Positions 12,733-23,804 of a stretch of DNA of 48,975 nucleotides are shown one piece after another. The DNA comes from Chiloscyllium plagiosum (lineage: Eukaryota), in the NCBI RefSeq assembly GCF_004010195.1, contig NC_057752.1, positions 13,020,352-13,069,326 on the forward strand, written 5' to 3'. Position 1 is the first letter of the stretch. Each line of letters opens with the position of its first letter. The translations under genes and the position numbers were made by a program. Under the pieces are notes generated by a model. The model saw nothing but the letters and a program-made list of their open reading frames with translations, was not told the DNA's origin and did not search any database.

Positions 12733-12851
12733 GTGTCTATAAGGGTGTGTGTGGGTGTCTGTGTGCGCGTCTGTGTGTATCTGTGTCCATGTTTATGTGA
12801 GAGTGTGTGTGTGTAGGAATACCTGTGTGTGTGTGTGTAGTGCAATGGTGA

Positions 12852-13015
12852 TCACCTGTAATGTGACCTGAACCCAAGGTCCCGGTTGAGGCCCTCCCTA
12901 TGGGTACAGAACTTAGCTATCAGCCTCTGCTCGGCCACTTTCCTCTGCTGCCTGTCCCGAAGTCCACTTGGAGGATGGTCACCCGAAGGTCCGAGGCTGA
13001 ATGTCCTGGACCACT
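12852..13015 (-). pseudogene. Penelope ORF C-terminus (end of the GIY-YIG endonuclease domain), frameshifted
   Basis: Translates as SGPGHSASDLRVTILQ/(1-nt deletion)/GLRDRQQRKVAEQRLIAKFCTHREGLNRDLGFRSHYR*. The R..E..I..GLN..G pattern is typical of PLE endonucleases. Confidence 0.85.
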
Positions 13016-13484
13016 CCGGCATCTCCAAATCCTTGTAACACAAATTCAACGATGTTTAAATACAAACTAAAAGCCCCATTAATCCCAAAACATTCTTTTA
13101 CAAATTGAAAAGAAAATCAACAGCTTTTATATAATGCCCAAAACAAAATAAGCACTATTGCTGTATGGCAGTAACGTAAGGGTTTTTTTTAAAAACCAAG
13201 AGATGAGGAAAAAAAATGCCCAAAACACAGCTCAATACAGGATCCAAAAACATCACTCATACAGTACTCACACCAAAATCTATCTCTAACACCTTGGTAG
13301 GTTTTAATCACTTGTGACTTTAACTTGTAGTTCCAGTTCAGAGATAGCTTCTTCCTGGAGCCATACACCTGAGCCTAAACATACTCAGCTCTAAGTAACC
13401 TATTCAGGGCTTTATCCTAACACTTCTGATCTGGGACTAACACTTACTCCTCACTCTAAGGTAATCTAAAACCTTGGACAAACA

Positions 13485-14150
13485 GGATATTGAAGAAGGC
13501 GTTTGGTATCTTGCCTTTATTGGTCAGTGCATTGAGTATAAGAGTTGCGCGATCATATTGTAGCTGTACAGGACATTGGTTCAGCCACTTTTGGAATACT
13601 GCGGTCAGTTCTGGTCTCCCTGCTATAGGAAGGATGCTGTGAAACTTGAAAAGGTTCAGAAGAGATCGACAAGGATGTTGCCAGGGTTGGAGTGTTTGAG
13701 CTGGCGAGAGAGGCTGAGTAGGCTGGGGCTATTTTCCCTGGAACATCGGAGGCTGAGGGGTGACCTTATAGAGTTTTATAAAATCATGAGGGGCATGGAT
13801 AGGGTGAATAGCCAAGGTCTTTTTCCCAGGGTGGGGGAGTCTAAAACTAGAGGTCACAGATTTAAAGTGAGAGGGGAAAGATTTAAAAAGCACCTAAGGG
13901 CAGCTTTTTCACCCAGAGGGTGGTTTGTATTTGGAATGAGCTGCCAGAGGAAGTGGTGGAGGCTGGTACAATTACAACATTTAAAAGGCATCTGGATAGG
14001 CATCTGAATAGGAAGGGTGTAGAGGGATATGGGCCAAGTGCTGGCAAATGGAACTAGGATATCTATTAGGATATAATTTGGGGTATCTGGTTGACATGGA
14101 TGTGTTAGACTGAAGGGTCTGTTTCCATGCTGTACGGCTCAATGTCTCTT
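13485..14150 (+). mobile_element. CR1/HER1-like LINE 3' end
   Basis: ORF 13576-14007 (LVQPLLEYCGQFWSP..LEKVQKRSTRMLPGL..RRLRGDLIEFYKIM) followed by the 3' UTR and tail. Confidence 0.92.
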
Positions 14151-15749
14151 ACTAACCCAAAATCCATGAACCCAAGCCTACAATAACTGATATTAAGAAT
14201 ATAAATAAATCAGAATTTATGTTGCAGTAATGAACTTCTGTTCTGTGGTTAAAGAAGATCTGCAATGTGAATGTGCGTTAGTGACCAACTACCATGTTAA
14301 CTAACTGAACAAAAGGAAACGATGTATTGAACCAAGATTCACGATGGAATCTGACTAGTCCAGCACTACTGTCAGCTGGGATCATAACTTCACATGCTTA
14401 GCCCAGACTTTTAATGGTGTTGTTTCAATAACACTATCACAGCATCAAAGGTTAGATAGAGATGAAGAAGGAAAAGAAAGAAGACAAATGTAATCAAGTA
14501 TTGTTTTTGTAGAAAGTCTATTGGTTCTTGGAAAGATTTTGCCTTTGATGGTGTGTGGGGGTGGGTCTTGTAAGACTAACAGATTCTTACTTCTTGTTGT
14601 CGGATCTCTCAGCTGAACCTGAAATTGGAACAGTTTAGAGAAAGAACTTTCTCCCATTTTCAATGGCTTTTCAGATGATTTTTTTTCTGATGCTATTTGT
14701 CATGACGTTACAGGCCAAACTAATGTCTGTTGTTAATACCTAACTAAAATGACAAAATATGGCTGTTGTACCGGTGTGACCTATGACAAGCCCAGTCTTT
14801 TTTTCCAAATAAGGTGGTGTATTAAACCATCACACACCCCGTGTTATCGCTTGTCATATTCTGATATCATATTCACTATGAAGTACTCTTTTTGAATGCT
14901 TTTTGGGGAAAAGCATTATGTTTTGCTATATCTATGGTCCAGAGTGAAGTTAAAAAAAAGTGAGCCAGCTGATCTGTGATAGTCCTGTTCTGTTGGTAGT
15001 CTATTCTTAATAGAGTGACTCATGAATTTCACAAATGGCTGTAATTGCCTACATTTAATGAGGCATTTGTTGGAGTTTTAGGACTGTATGGATCAGGTAC
15101 AGCCATAAATCACATGAGGTGCAACCAATCATCTTAAAAGCTATTTTACTCATTTAAAAATGCTTTAAGATTGCAATATTTTCATGCCTATACTAGGCAT
15201 GATATTGTATTGGTGGATCTGAAAAGGAACAGGCTTGCAGACGTGACAATCTTTTTTCTTAAAGCATAGTTATTGCTGTCCTTTCTACTGTTGCTGCTAC
15301 TGCTGCCTCTTGTTTTCTGTAGTCAGTACTTTCAAAGTGACAAAAGGCACAAACTTGGCTGCCCAGCCATGTGATGCTTCACAAGCACAACTCCTTTACC
15401 AAATATCCAATAGTCTTCGATTGATTAGCCACATCCTGGTTTATTGTCTGAGAGGCTCCTGACAATCACCTTCATTGTCTCAAAGAAGATCCATTCATTT
15501 TATCAATATCCTGTGTTGGTCTCAGGCTGAGTGTAGCTGGCACCTTTACAATTGGCTGGTTTTTACCACTTTGGTTAGACAAGTCAGTTCAACAACTCAG
15601 ATCAGCTGACCATGTGTAAATGTCACCATAGACAAACAGGACATTGGTTAGGCCACTGTAAGAATATTGCGTGCAATTCTGGTCTCCTTCCTATTGGAAA
15701 GATGTTGTGAAATTTGAAAGGATTCAGAAAAGGTTTACAAGGATGTTGC

Positions 15750-16110
15750 TGAAAATGTGTTGCTGGAAAAGTGCAGCAGGTCAGGCAGCATCCAAGGAAC
15801 AGGAGAATCAACGTTTCGGGCATAAGCCCTTCTTCAGGAATGAGGAAAGTGTGTCCAGCAGGCTAAGATAAAAGGTAGGGAGGAGGGACTTGGGGGAGGG
15901 GCGTTGGAAATGCGATAGGTGGAGGGAGGTCAAGGTGAGGGTGATAGGCCGGAGTGGGGTGGGGGCGGAGAGGTCAGGAAGATGATTGCAGGTTAGGAAG
16001 GCGGTGCTGAGTTCGAGGGATTTGACTGAGACAAGGTGGGGGGAGGGGAAATGAGGAAACTGGAGAAATCTGAGTTCTCCAGTTTCCTCATTTCCCCTCT
16101 CCCCCACCTT
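15750..16110 (-). mobile_element. Penelope-like terminal fragment (family B1) nested in CR1, ending in a fold-back
   Basis: Matches 37747-37880 in reverse. It carries a hammerhead motif, a purine-rich tract and an inverted repeat at 16033-16110. Confidence 0.8.
15806..15841 (-). ncRNA. Minimal hammerhead ribozyme motif (family B1)
   Basis: ATTC-CTGAAGA-A-GGGC-TTAT-GCCC-GAAA-CGTT-GATT. Confidence 0.72.
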
Positions 16111-16773
16111 ATAGAGGTTTATAAAATTATGAGGGGCATGGATAGTGTAAATAGGCAAAATCTTTTCCCTGGAGTTGGGGAGTCCAGAACTAGAGGGCAT
16201 AGGTTTAGGGTGAGCGGGGAAAGATATAAAAGAGACCTACGGGGCAACGTTTTACACAGAGGATGGTGCGTGTATGGAATGAGCTGCCAGAGGATGAGGT
16301 GGAGGCTGGTACAATTACAACATTTAAGAGGCATTTGGGTGGGTACCTGAATGGGAAGGGTTTGGAGGGATATGGGCCAGGTGCTGGCAGGTGGGACTAG
16401 ATTGGGTTGGGATATCTGATCAGCATGGACAGGTTGGACCGAAGGGTCTGTTTCCATGCTGTACATCTCTATGACTCTATGAGATCAGCTGACCATGTGT
16501 AAATGTCACCATAGACAAATCAGGCCAGCTGACCATAAAGAAGTCTGATTATGCCAGGTCAGCTGACCATGGGTTAATTTCATGATACATAAGTCAAGTC
16601 AGCTGACCATGTGTAAGTTTCACCATAAAGAAGTCTGATCGGCTGACCGTATGTAAAGTTAACCATATGTCAGGTCAGCTGACCATGGGTAAATTTCATG
16701 ATACACCAGTCAGGTCAGCTGACCAAGTGCAAATGTCACCATACGTCAGGTCAGCTGACTGTGGGTAAATTTC

Positions 16774-16922
16774 TAGGTAAAAACAACGACTGCAGATGCT
16801 GGAAATCAGAGTCTAGATTAGAGTGGTGCTGGAAAAGCACAGCAGGTCAGGAGGAAAATCGACGTTTCGGGCAAAAGCCCTTCATCAGGAATACAGGCAG
16901 GGTGTCTGCAGAGTGGAGAGAT
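16774..16922 (-). mobile_element. Penelope-like terminal fragment (family B2)
   Basis: Shares the terminus (TAGGTAAA.ACAA.GACTG.AGATGCTGG) and body with 41585-41885. Confidence 0.8.
16857..16892 (-). ncRNA. Minimal hammerhead ribozyme motif (family B2), core intact
   Basis: ATTC-CTGATGA-A-GGGC-TTTT-GCCC-GAAA-CGTC-GATT, with a GUC site and palindromic ACGT. Confidence 0.8.
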
Positions 16923-17325
16923 TAAAACATTTCACCACACACAAGTCAGATTGGCTAACTGTGTGTAAATTTCACCATGCGTCAGGTTAGCTTACTTTAG
17001 GTGGCCACCTTGGTCACATAATAGTCCACCTTTTGAAGGAAAGGGTCATTTCAAAGAGGCCAGGTTGAACAAAGTCTGTAGCTTAAAAGGTAGGTCATGC
17101 CATTCCTGGGCATGACATTAGGAAAGGGTTTAATATGTCAAAGATCAGTATCGGACCCTCCCTCAGCCTTCACTTTTCAACAGAAATGATTCCCAGCTTC
17201 CATCTTTCCAGGTAGTTACATCTCCCATTCTGGTATGATTGCGTGACAAAGGGTGTGTCCCACTCAGACAGCAAGGATAAGCTCAACGCCAAGCGCTGAA
17301 AGTTCTGCTCTCATTTTTTTCTCAG

Positions 17326-17618
17326 AATCGTACTCAGTGACGGGAAGCGATGGCAGCATCTCCACCTCAGTGGCCTCGATCCAGCCACAGCCCTCCACCA
17401 GTTCGGCTCCCAGCTCGCCGAGCTCCAAGCGGTCGGTGAGCACCTTGAAGAAATGGCTGACCAGTCCAGTCCGCAAGCTCAGCAGCGGCAAGATCGACCG
17501 GCAGGTGAAGAAACTGGAAAGCAAACCCAAGAAGGCGGAACGAAGGAAGAGCGTCGATGAGCGACGGAGGAGCATCGACCTGGGGATAGTCAACAAAGGG
17601 AGTGAAACTCAAGACACG
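17326..17618 (+). CDS. ARHGEF25: Internal coding exon of a Trio/Kalirin-family RhoGEF, probably ARHGEF25 (p63RhoGEF/GEFT) exon 2
   Basis: Acceptor TCATTTTTTTCTCAG and donor ACG|GTGAGA; 293 nt, phase 1 to 0, GC/CpG-rich. The peptide is (E)SYSVTGSDGSISTSVAS...KRSVSTLKKWLTSPVRKLSSGK...RRSIDLG...QDT. Its start resembles ARHGEF25 ESYSIAGSEGSIS, and its core resembles Trio/Kalirin TL(K/R)KWLTSPVRRL. Confidence 0.82.
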
Positions 17619-17721
17619 GTGAGAGGCCTTTCATTTCGCGAGATATCAATCTTCAGTTCTCCAAATCAACTTCACTTTGCTAATGCTATCACCACTTAAA
17701 ATCTTAACTGTTCTCCTTTAA

Positions 17722-18492
17722 TCTTTCAAGGGATGTGGGAGTCGCTGGCAAGGCCAGTATTTATTGCTTAGATTAGATTAGATTACATTACATTACAGTG
17801 TGGAAACAGGCCCTTCGGCCCAGTTGCTCCTTGTTCTGAGTGACTTGCTTGACCACTTCAGAGAGTGATTAAGAGTCAGTCCTATTGTCGAGAGTCATAC
17901 ATAGACTAGAAGATAACATATTTCCTCCCTTCCTTCGAGGAACAGAGGAACAGGAGTAGGCCATTCAGCCCCTTGAGCCTGTTCTGCCATTCAATGAGAT
18001 TGTGGCTGATCTGTGGCCTAACTCCACAGACCTGCTTTTGGCCCATGTCCCTTAATACCAATAACATTTATTGATCTTAGATTTAAAATGAACAGCTGAT
18101 CCAACATCCACTGCCATTTGAGGAAGAGAGTTTGAAACCTCTACCACCCTTTGTTTGTCAAAGTGCTTCCTAACATCTCTTCTGAATGGTCTGGGCCTTA
18201 TTCTCGGACTATAGCCCCCATTCTGGAATCCTCAACCAGAGGAAATAGTGTACCCTTTTCCACCATGTCTTTTCTAGTTAATATCTTGAAGATTTCAATC
18301 AGATTACCCCTTAACCTACTAAATTCACGAACATTAGTCAACCTTAGGTTTATGTGACAATTGACTGTTATTATACCAGTTTTAATTCCAAGGTTTTTTT
18401 CTGAATTCAGATTGCCATGATGGGGTTCACACCCATATCTCGGAACATTAGCCTGGGCATTTCAGATTACTTGTACCATTCCACCATTGCCT
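17722..18492 (-). mobile_element. Family D SINE interrupted by an HE1/CR1 tail fragment (17768-17822) and a CR1 3' end (~17936-18327)
   Basis: The tail, body and head pieces are co-linear with 1672-2007. The inserts carry a (TAATC)n tail and the GGAGTAGGCCATTCAGCCC CR1 tail. Confidence 0.7.
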
Positions 18493-19073
18493 TCTTGTTT
18501 AGCTATTTGCAAACAATCTCTGCACCTTCGAGTACCTCAGTATATGTACACCACTGTGAAGGTTTTTCTGAGATGAATGAGATAGGATTAAAAACAAGTC
18601 TCCTTTTTCATCTTCTGCTCAAGCTTTGTCATTGAGATTCCTGATATATTTCACCATCTGGCCCAGCCAGGTTGCGAATGATTTTAAAGTCTGTGTAGCC
18701 TTGGGGAGAGATTGGCTTTGGTGTGGATGCAAAATGACTGCGAACCTATCTGCTGCCTGTTATACCCCAACCTCATATTCAGGTCTGTTTCTGTCAATGG
18801 GACTGGATGTATCATGAACAATAGTACGACTCACTGACATAGCATACTGGAGCTCAGGCACTGCTACTCCCAGCATTATCTCAAGTTAATGATTGTAAAT
18901 AAGTGCATAGAATTCCTTAGTTTACCTTACTTTTGGATCCAGGTTGACAGAACACACAAACTGTTCTTCTGTACTCATCATTTATTACAGGATTAAACTC
19001 CAACCACAGATGAACAGTTACATACTGTCAGAATATAATACCACTAATTAAAATTCTAATCCCTTCAAAACTC

Positions 19074-19076
<3 letters not shown>

Positions 19077-19107
<31 letters not shown>

Positions 19108-19206
19108 ACACTTACTCACACATACACTCCCCCACACATACTCACTCATTCCCCTGTCACAGATACACACACACACTCTCATTCACAAACACACACACAC
19201 ACACAC
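19077..19206. repeat. Interrupted (CA)n microsatellite
   Basis: Directly visible. Confidence 0.95.
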
Positions 19207-19465
19207 TTTTCAGTAGTCCTTGGCCACAAATTCTGTTGAGCTGGTTCTTGCAGATCTGAAAGTTTCTAGCTTCCCATCTCTGGATGCCTCCACCAATTTG
19301 CAGAGGCACAGGATGACTGGTTTGCTTGTAAAATATCTCTAACTTATCAATTTAAAGTCACATTGTACAGCAACTTCTGAAGGAAAATTAGTTTTGACTG
19401 CAGAGAACAGAGAGAAAGCGCCTGAGGGTGGAGGTCAAAAGATTTTGCTGTGTTTTGTGCCTAGT

Positions 19466-19551
19466 CTGACGAAGGAGCAGCACTCCGAAAGCTTGTGATT
19501 TCAAATAAACCTGTTGGACTATAACCTGGTGTTATGTAACTTCTAACTTTG
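19466..19551 (+). mobile_element. Penelope family A terminal fragment starting at the hammerhead core
   Basis: CTGACGA-A-GGAG-CAGCA-CTCC-GAAA-GCTT-GTG followed by AATAAACCTGTTGGACTATAACCTGG. The 5' strand of stem I is missing. Confidence 0.75.
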
Positions 19552-19889
19552 ATTTAATTATACAGAGTATAGGTGCATGGATGAGTATGCATATAGAACC
19601 TGACAGTTTGGAAACACAGAAGTGAATGGGAAATTAAGGAGGGTTGGAATCGATCAGACGGACTAGTGACTCTTTATCACTTCTGTAGGATATTGGTCAG
19701 TAATAGAAAGTCTGGCTGATTTACCACTGAGGCTGACCACAGTGATTCCAATACTTTCCCAAAGTACGTGTCAACATTGGGGGAAGGGGGGTGCGGGGTG
19801 CAGCTTTAGTCCTTGGAAATTCCACACTCCCACAAGAAAGAAGTCAGATCAATGAATACCTTCTGAGTGACAAAGACAGTCAGTTAACC

Positions 19890-20345
19890 ATGGCTGTCAA
19901 AGGAAGTTAAGATTGTGTAAGAGTAAAAGAAAAGTAAAATTACCAGAAATAGTCATGAGTCTGAGGATTTCAGAATGCAGCAAAAGCAGACCACGAAACT
20001 GGTGAACAAAAGAATAGAATATAGGTGCAATCTAGCAAAACAAAGGTCTGTAAAAGCTTCTGTAGGTATGTAAAAAGAAAATGTTTGGTTAAAATAAAAG
20101 CCCTCAGGAGAATTTATAATAGGGTAAAGAGAAGTGGCAGAGAAGCTAAATGATTTCTTTGTGCCAGGTTTTATTGAGAAAGATATAAAAGAATTCCCAG
20201 AAATAGAGATCTGAGGGGCTAGGGAAAATGAGGAGCTGAAGGAAATTAGTGTTAATGAGAAGGTTATACTGGAGACATTAATGAGGCTGAACATTGATAA
20301 ATCCCCAGGACCTAAGAGGCTACCTCCCAGAGAGTGGTGGCCTTG
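19890..20345 (+). mobile_element. Old CR1 ORF2 mid-region fragment
   Basis: Decayed coding for AEKLNDFF..F.E / L..DKSPGP..L.PRV. Confidence 0.75.
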
Positions 20346-21739
20346 AAGATATTCGATGTATTATGGTACCAAAGGAGGCTATTCATCTCCATCAAATCCA
20401 TGCCAGACCCTATTAATAATCAAATGTTCTGCCATAATACTCCTCCCGGCCTCGAGTGTTGGCAGGCTTTTACTCAGAGGTGGAGCAGTGGAGACACATT
20501 ATGCTGTGTCTCTGCCTTCCACGAATGAAAATGAAATGAACATTTAGATATTTGAGTAGGTCACTGTGGCTGTGAGAGCACATCATAAACCTGGGGGGCT
20601 GGCAGAATAGACTGGGGAGACTGTGAAGCCGGTTCATGTGCCATTTTACAGCAGGATACCAATTTGACCACGTGTTAGTGACTACAATTCGGTCCCAAGG
20701 GTCCCAGTTGCATTATTTACTGCTTGACCCTTGCTTTTGTGGTTGCAACCTTGCACTCCTTCAATCCCAGTCGACCTCCAGCCAACTATTGGTCTCGAAA
20801 TGTAGTCTCCATATAAGGTCGGTAAGGGCCGGTTTCCCCTCTCTTCCAATGACATTCCAAGTGGCTTAGACTGCAAGGCATGGAAATCATATTCACTAAT
20901 GGTCTGACAAGGCAATAAAAGTGCTCTGGTTTGAACTGGAGGATTAAAGTCTCAGGGGAATGCCAGTATCTTGCTTGATTAACCAGGTTCACTGCCCATT
21001 GAGCAAAGCAACCACAATCATCAGGATCATGCTGGTGGTTTTCTCCTCACAAGCCACCTCACCACCTGACAATCCTGGTTAATATTCTTCCTCTCAATTC
21101 AATTATCCAATTGCCTTTTCAAAGAAATTTGTTTCGAGCAGAGAATCCCACCTTCAAGCCATCCTCATCTTTCTTAATCCAAGCCAGCGCTTCATAAGCT
21201 TTTTTGTCATGGGCCCCACTTTGAAGCTTGGAAGTTGTCGAGCCAACAGAGTGAGAGACCTGTGGCAGGGTGGCTTACAGCTGAGAGGCTGAGGTAGAAG
21301 GGTAATTGGGGAGCTGTGAGGGCGGGAGGTAGGTGGAGATCAGGAGTGTGGGACAGTGGGAAGGGAAGAGTGATGTTTAATTTTCAGGGGTTTTGAATGA
21401 ACACTTACCTTTGGAAAGGCTCTTTTAGTTGGTCAATTAGACCACAAGCCTGCTTTCCTGAAAACAGACATGAGGATTTTAAGGGCCATCACAACTGTTA
21501 ACACTTGGTCAGCGCTCCGTGTTAACCATTGCCTTGGAGCCCATGCTCCATCTTGCAATCCAGCTGGGGACTGTGACCCAACCTTGAGGAGGCCTGGATC
21601 TAAACTACCTTTGTGTTCTTTTATAAACAGGTAAGAAGGTTGTTCCATCTCACTAACCAAAGCGAGTAACCTCAAACTATTTACCTGAGGATAATCAGTC
21701 AGAACTTTGAAGAATTCTGAACAGGTCACGACTCCAGAA

Positions 21740-22028
21740 GCAGGGGGTCATAGTTTAAGGATACGGGGAAGGCCATTTTGCATTGAGATGAGGAGAAATG
21801 TCTTCACTTAGAGTGGTGAACCTGTGGAATTCTCTACCACAGAAAGCAGCCAGGGTCAGAACATTGAATGCTTTCAAGAAAGAGTCAGATATCATGTGTA
21901 GGGCTAAATGGTATTGGGGAGAAAGTGGGAAGAGGGGACTGAGTTGGATGATCGGCCATGATTGTATTGAATGGTGGAGCAGACTGAAAGGGCTGATTGG
22001 TCTACTTGTGCTCCTATTTTCTACATTG
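21740..22028 (+). mobile_element. CR1 3' end
   Basis: Peptide RVVNLWNSLPQKA..FKKE.D, then the ATCGGCCATGA...GAATGGTGGAGCAG tail. Confidence 0.85.
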
Positions 22029-22467
22029 CTGTGACTTACCCTGCTCAGATCTGATGCACTAAAGCCCGAACATTTCAAATTTCTGCCCACATCAGAATCC
22101 TTAGCCCTGGTAAGAATCTACGGGAATCTGCTTGATCTTTGCTGTTTTTTGTAAACTCAAGTGCCTAAAATATACTTAACTTTCCAATGACCTGTTATAA
22201 CATCTCTGAACAGGTTAATTAGAAAAAAGTATTAAAAATAGAACCACTTAATTAAAATCTGTTCAGTAAAAACAGCTGCGACACTCCACCAGGTTAACTG
22301 CCCAGAGGTTGAAGAGAAAGAAAAGTCCTCTTGTGACATCAGCTTTAATATGAGAATTGGGTTTCCTATTTTTATGGCCTTCCTGACGTGCATTCCCACT
22401 GTTAATACATTATTCCCTTTCCTTCCAAGTCAAGTTCATCCCTAAGGCAACCTGGGCTAAAATTTTA

Positions 22468-23100
22468 TTAATTTATTCCTGCAATATGGGTGTCACTGGT
22501 TGGGCCAGTATTTATTGCCCGTCCCCAATTGCCCCTTGAGAAGGTGGGGGTGAGCTGCCTTCTTGAACCACTGCAATCCATGTGCTGTAGGTTGACCCAC
22601 AATGTTCTTAGGGAGGGAATTCCAGGATTTTGACCCAGCAACAGTGAAGGAACGGCGATGTATTTCCAAGCCAGGATGTGAGGGGCTAGGAGGGGAACTT
22701 GCAGGGACTGGTGTTCCCATGTATCTGCTGCCCTTGACCTTCTAGATGGAAGTGGCTGTGGGTTTGGAAGGTGCTGTTTAAGGATCTTTGGTGAATTTCT
22801 GCAGAGCATCTTGTCTGCTGCTATTGAGTGTCGGTGGTGGAGGGAGTGGATGTTTGTGGATGTAAAGCCAATCAAACAAGGCTGCTTTGTCCTGGATGGC
22901 ATTAAGCTTCTTGAGTGTAGTTGGAGCTGCCCAACTCCAAGTGGGGCAAGTGGGGAGTATTCCATCACACTCCTGACTTGTTCCTTTGTAGATGGTGGGA
23001 CAGGCTTTGGGGAGTTCACAGGATTCCTAACCTGTGACCTACTCTTGTAGCCACAGTGTTTACTTAGCGAGTACAATTCTGTCTCTGGTCAGTGGTTACA
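22468..23100 (-). mobile_element. LINE family B 3' end
   Basis: Peptides QVRSVMEYSPLA, CRNSPKILKQHLPNP and KSWNSLP..GLQWFKKAAH.HLLKG. Confidence 0.85.
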
Positions 23101-23804
23101 CCCCGGGGCCAATATACGTATGGAAAACATTTTCTATGATGCATTTTGGTAACTTTCCTTTCAATACCCAGCTGTGTCCTCTTTTATTGATTTCTTATTT
23201 TAATATCTGCTCTGGCATTCATTCATTTTTATCCAGTCTATAACCATATGTCTGTTTTAGTTGCACATCTAATAAAGCTGTTCATTTGTGGAAACTCAGC
23301 CTTGAGTCTTTTCTGTCTTTTCATCAGAATTCACTTGATTTGGACAGTTTGTACCTCCTGTTTTAATCGTTCTCATGCTGAACCACCATTTCTATTCACC
23401 AACTGTTCGATTCATTTGCTTTACTTGTTTCCATTTACTTGCTTTGTTGTAACTTGTACTTTTGCAAGTGTTTTCTCCTTGGCCTCATATTCTGCTTTCA
23501 TGCTGAGTGTTTCCCAGCAATAATGTAACAACAAGAAAAATGCGTTGTCAGCCTCTGTCACTTGGATTTGATCAAGGATTCGCTCAACAATCTTCTACCA
23601 CTTGCTGAGTCAGGACTTTATTTGCAAATCAATCCCTGGCGTCATTATGGCAATTGACTCAGCAACCTTCGAGTATAATTTAATACACCATCTTACACTA
23701 ATACGGTTACTGAACTGTGAATATTATAATATGTCATGTTACAGAAGCGTCTTTGACCTTGAGTGTTATTACAAATTATGATAAGAGAGCCATTGACCTG
23801 TAAA

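Larger units (their letters stand above)
12310..13029 (-). mobile_element. Penelope-like element (family A), 5'-truncated, with a 12-bp target-site duplication
   Basis: Contains a GIY-YIG C-terminal remnant, a CA-rich 3' UTR and a terminal repeat with a hammerhead motif. TCCTTGTAACAC occurs at 12298-12309 and 13030-13041. Confidence 0.85.
15637..16481 (+). mobile_element. CR1/HER1-like LINE 3' end flanked by an exact 38-bp duplication
   Basis: Co-linear with the 13485-14150 copy, with tail CTCTATGACTCTATG. Flanks 15599-15636 and 16482-16519 are identical. Confidence 0.9.
15599..16995 (+). repeat. Minisatellite with 36/40-bp units and palindromic core GGTCAGCTGACC, interrupted by CR1 and Penelope insertions
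   Basis: CAGCTG cores at 15603, 16486, 16526, 16560, 16600, 16676, 16716 and 16752, with a variant at 16640. Decayed units continue at ~16930-16995. Confidence 0.88.

Noticed and set aside
16482..16773. CRISPR-like appearance: a palindromic repeat recurring every 36-40 bp
   Set aside because: The intervening sequences are homologous to each other rather than unique spacers, the context is vertebrate intron, and there are no cas genes. It is a minisatellite.
17001..17089. Possible small exon (TTACTTTAG acceptor, AAG|GTAGGT donor) phase-compatible with the 17326 exon
   Set aside because: The peptide resembles no Trio/Kalirin/ARHGEF25 sequence I know, and the acceptor lies in decayed minisatellite. 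It is unsupported without RNA data.
17253..17699. 148-aa ORF as a standalone gene
   Set aside because: It is the internal exon 17326-17618 plus read-through into flanking intron.
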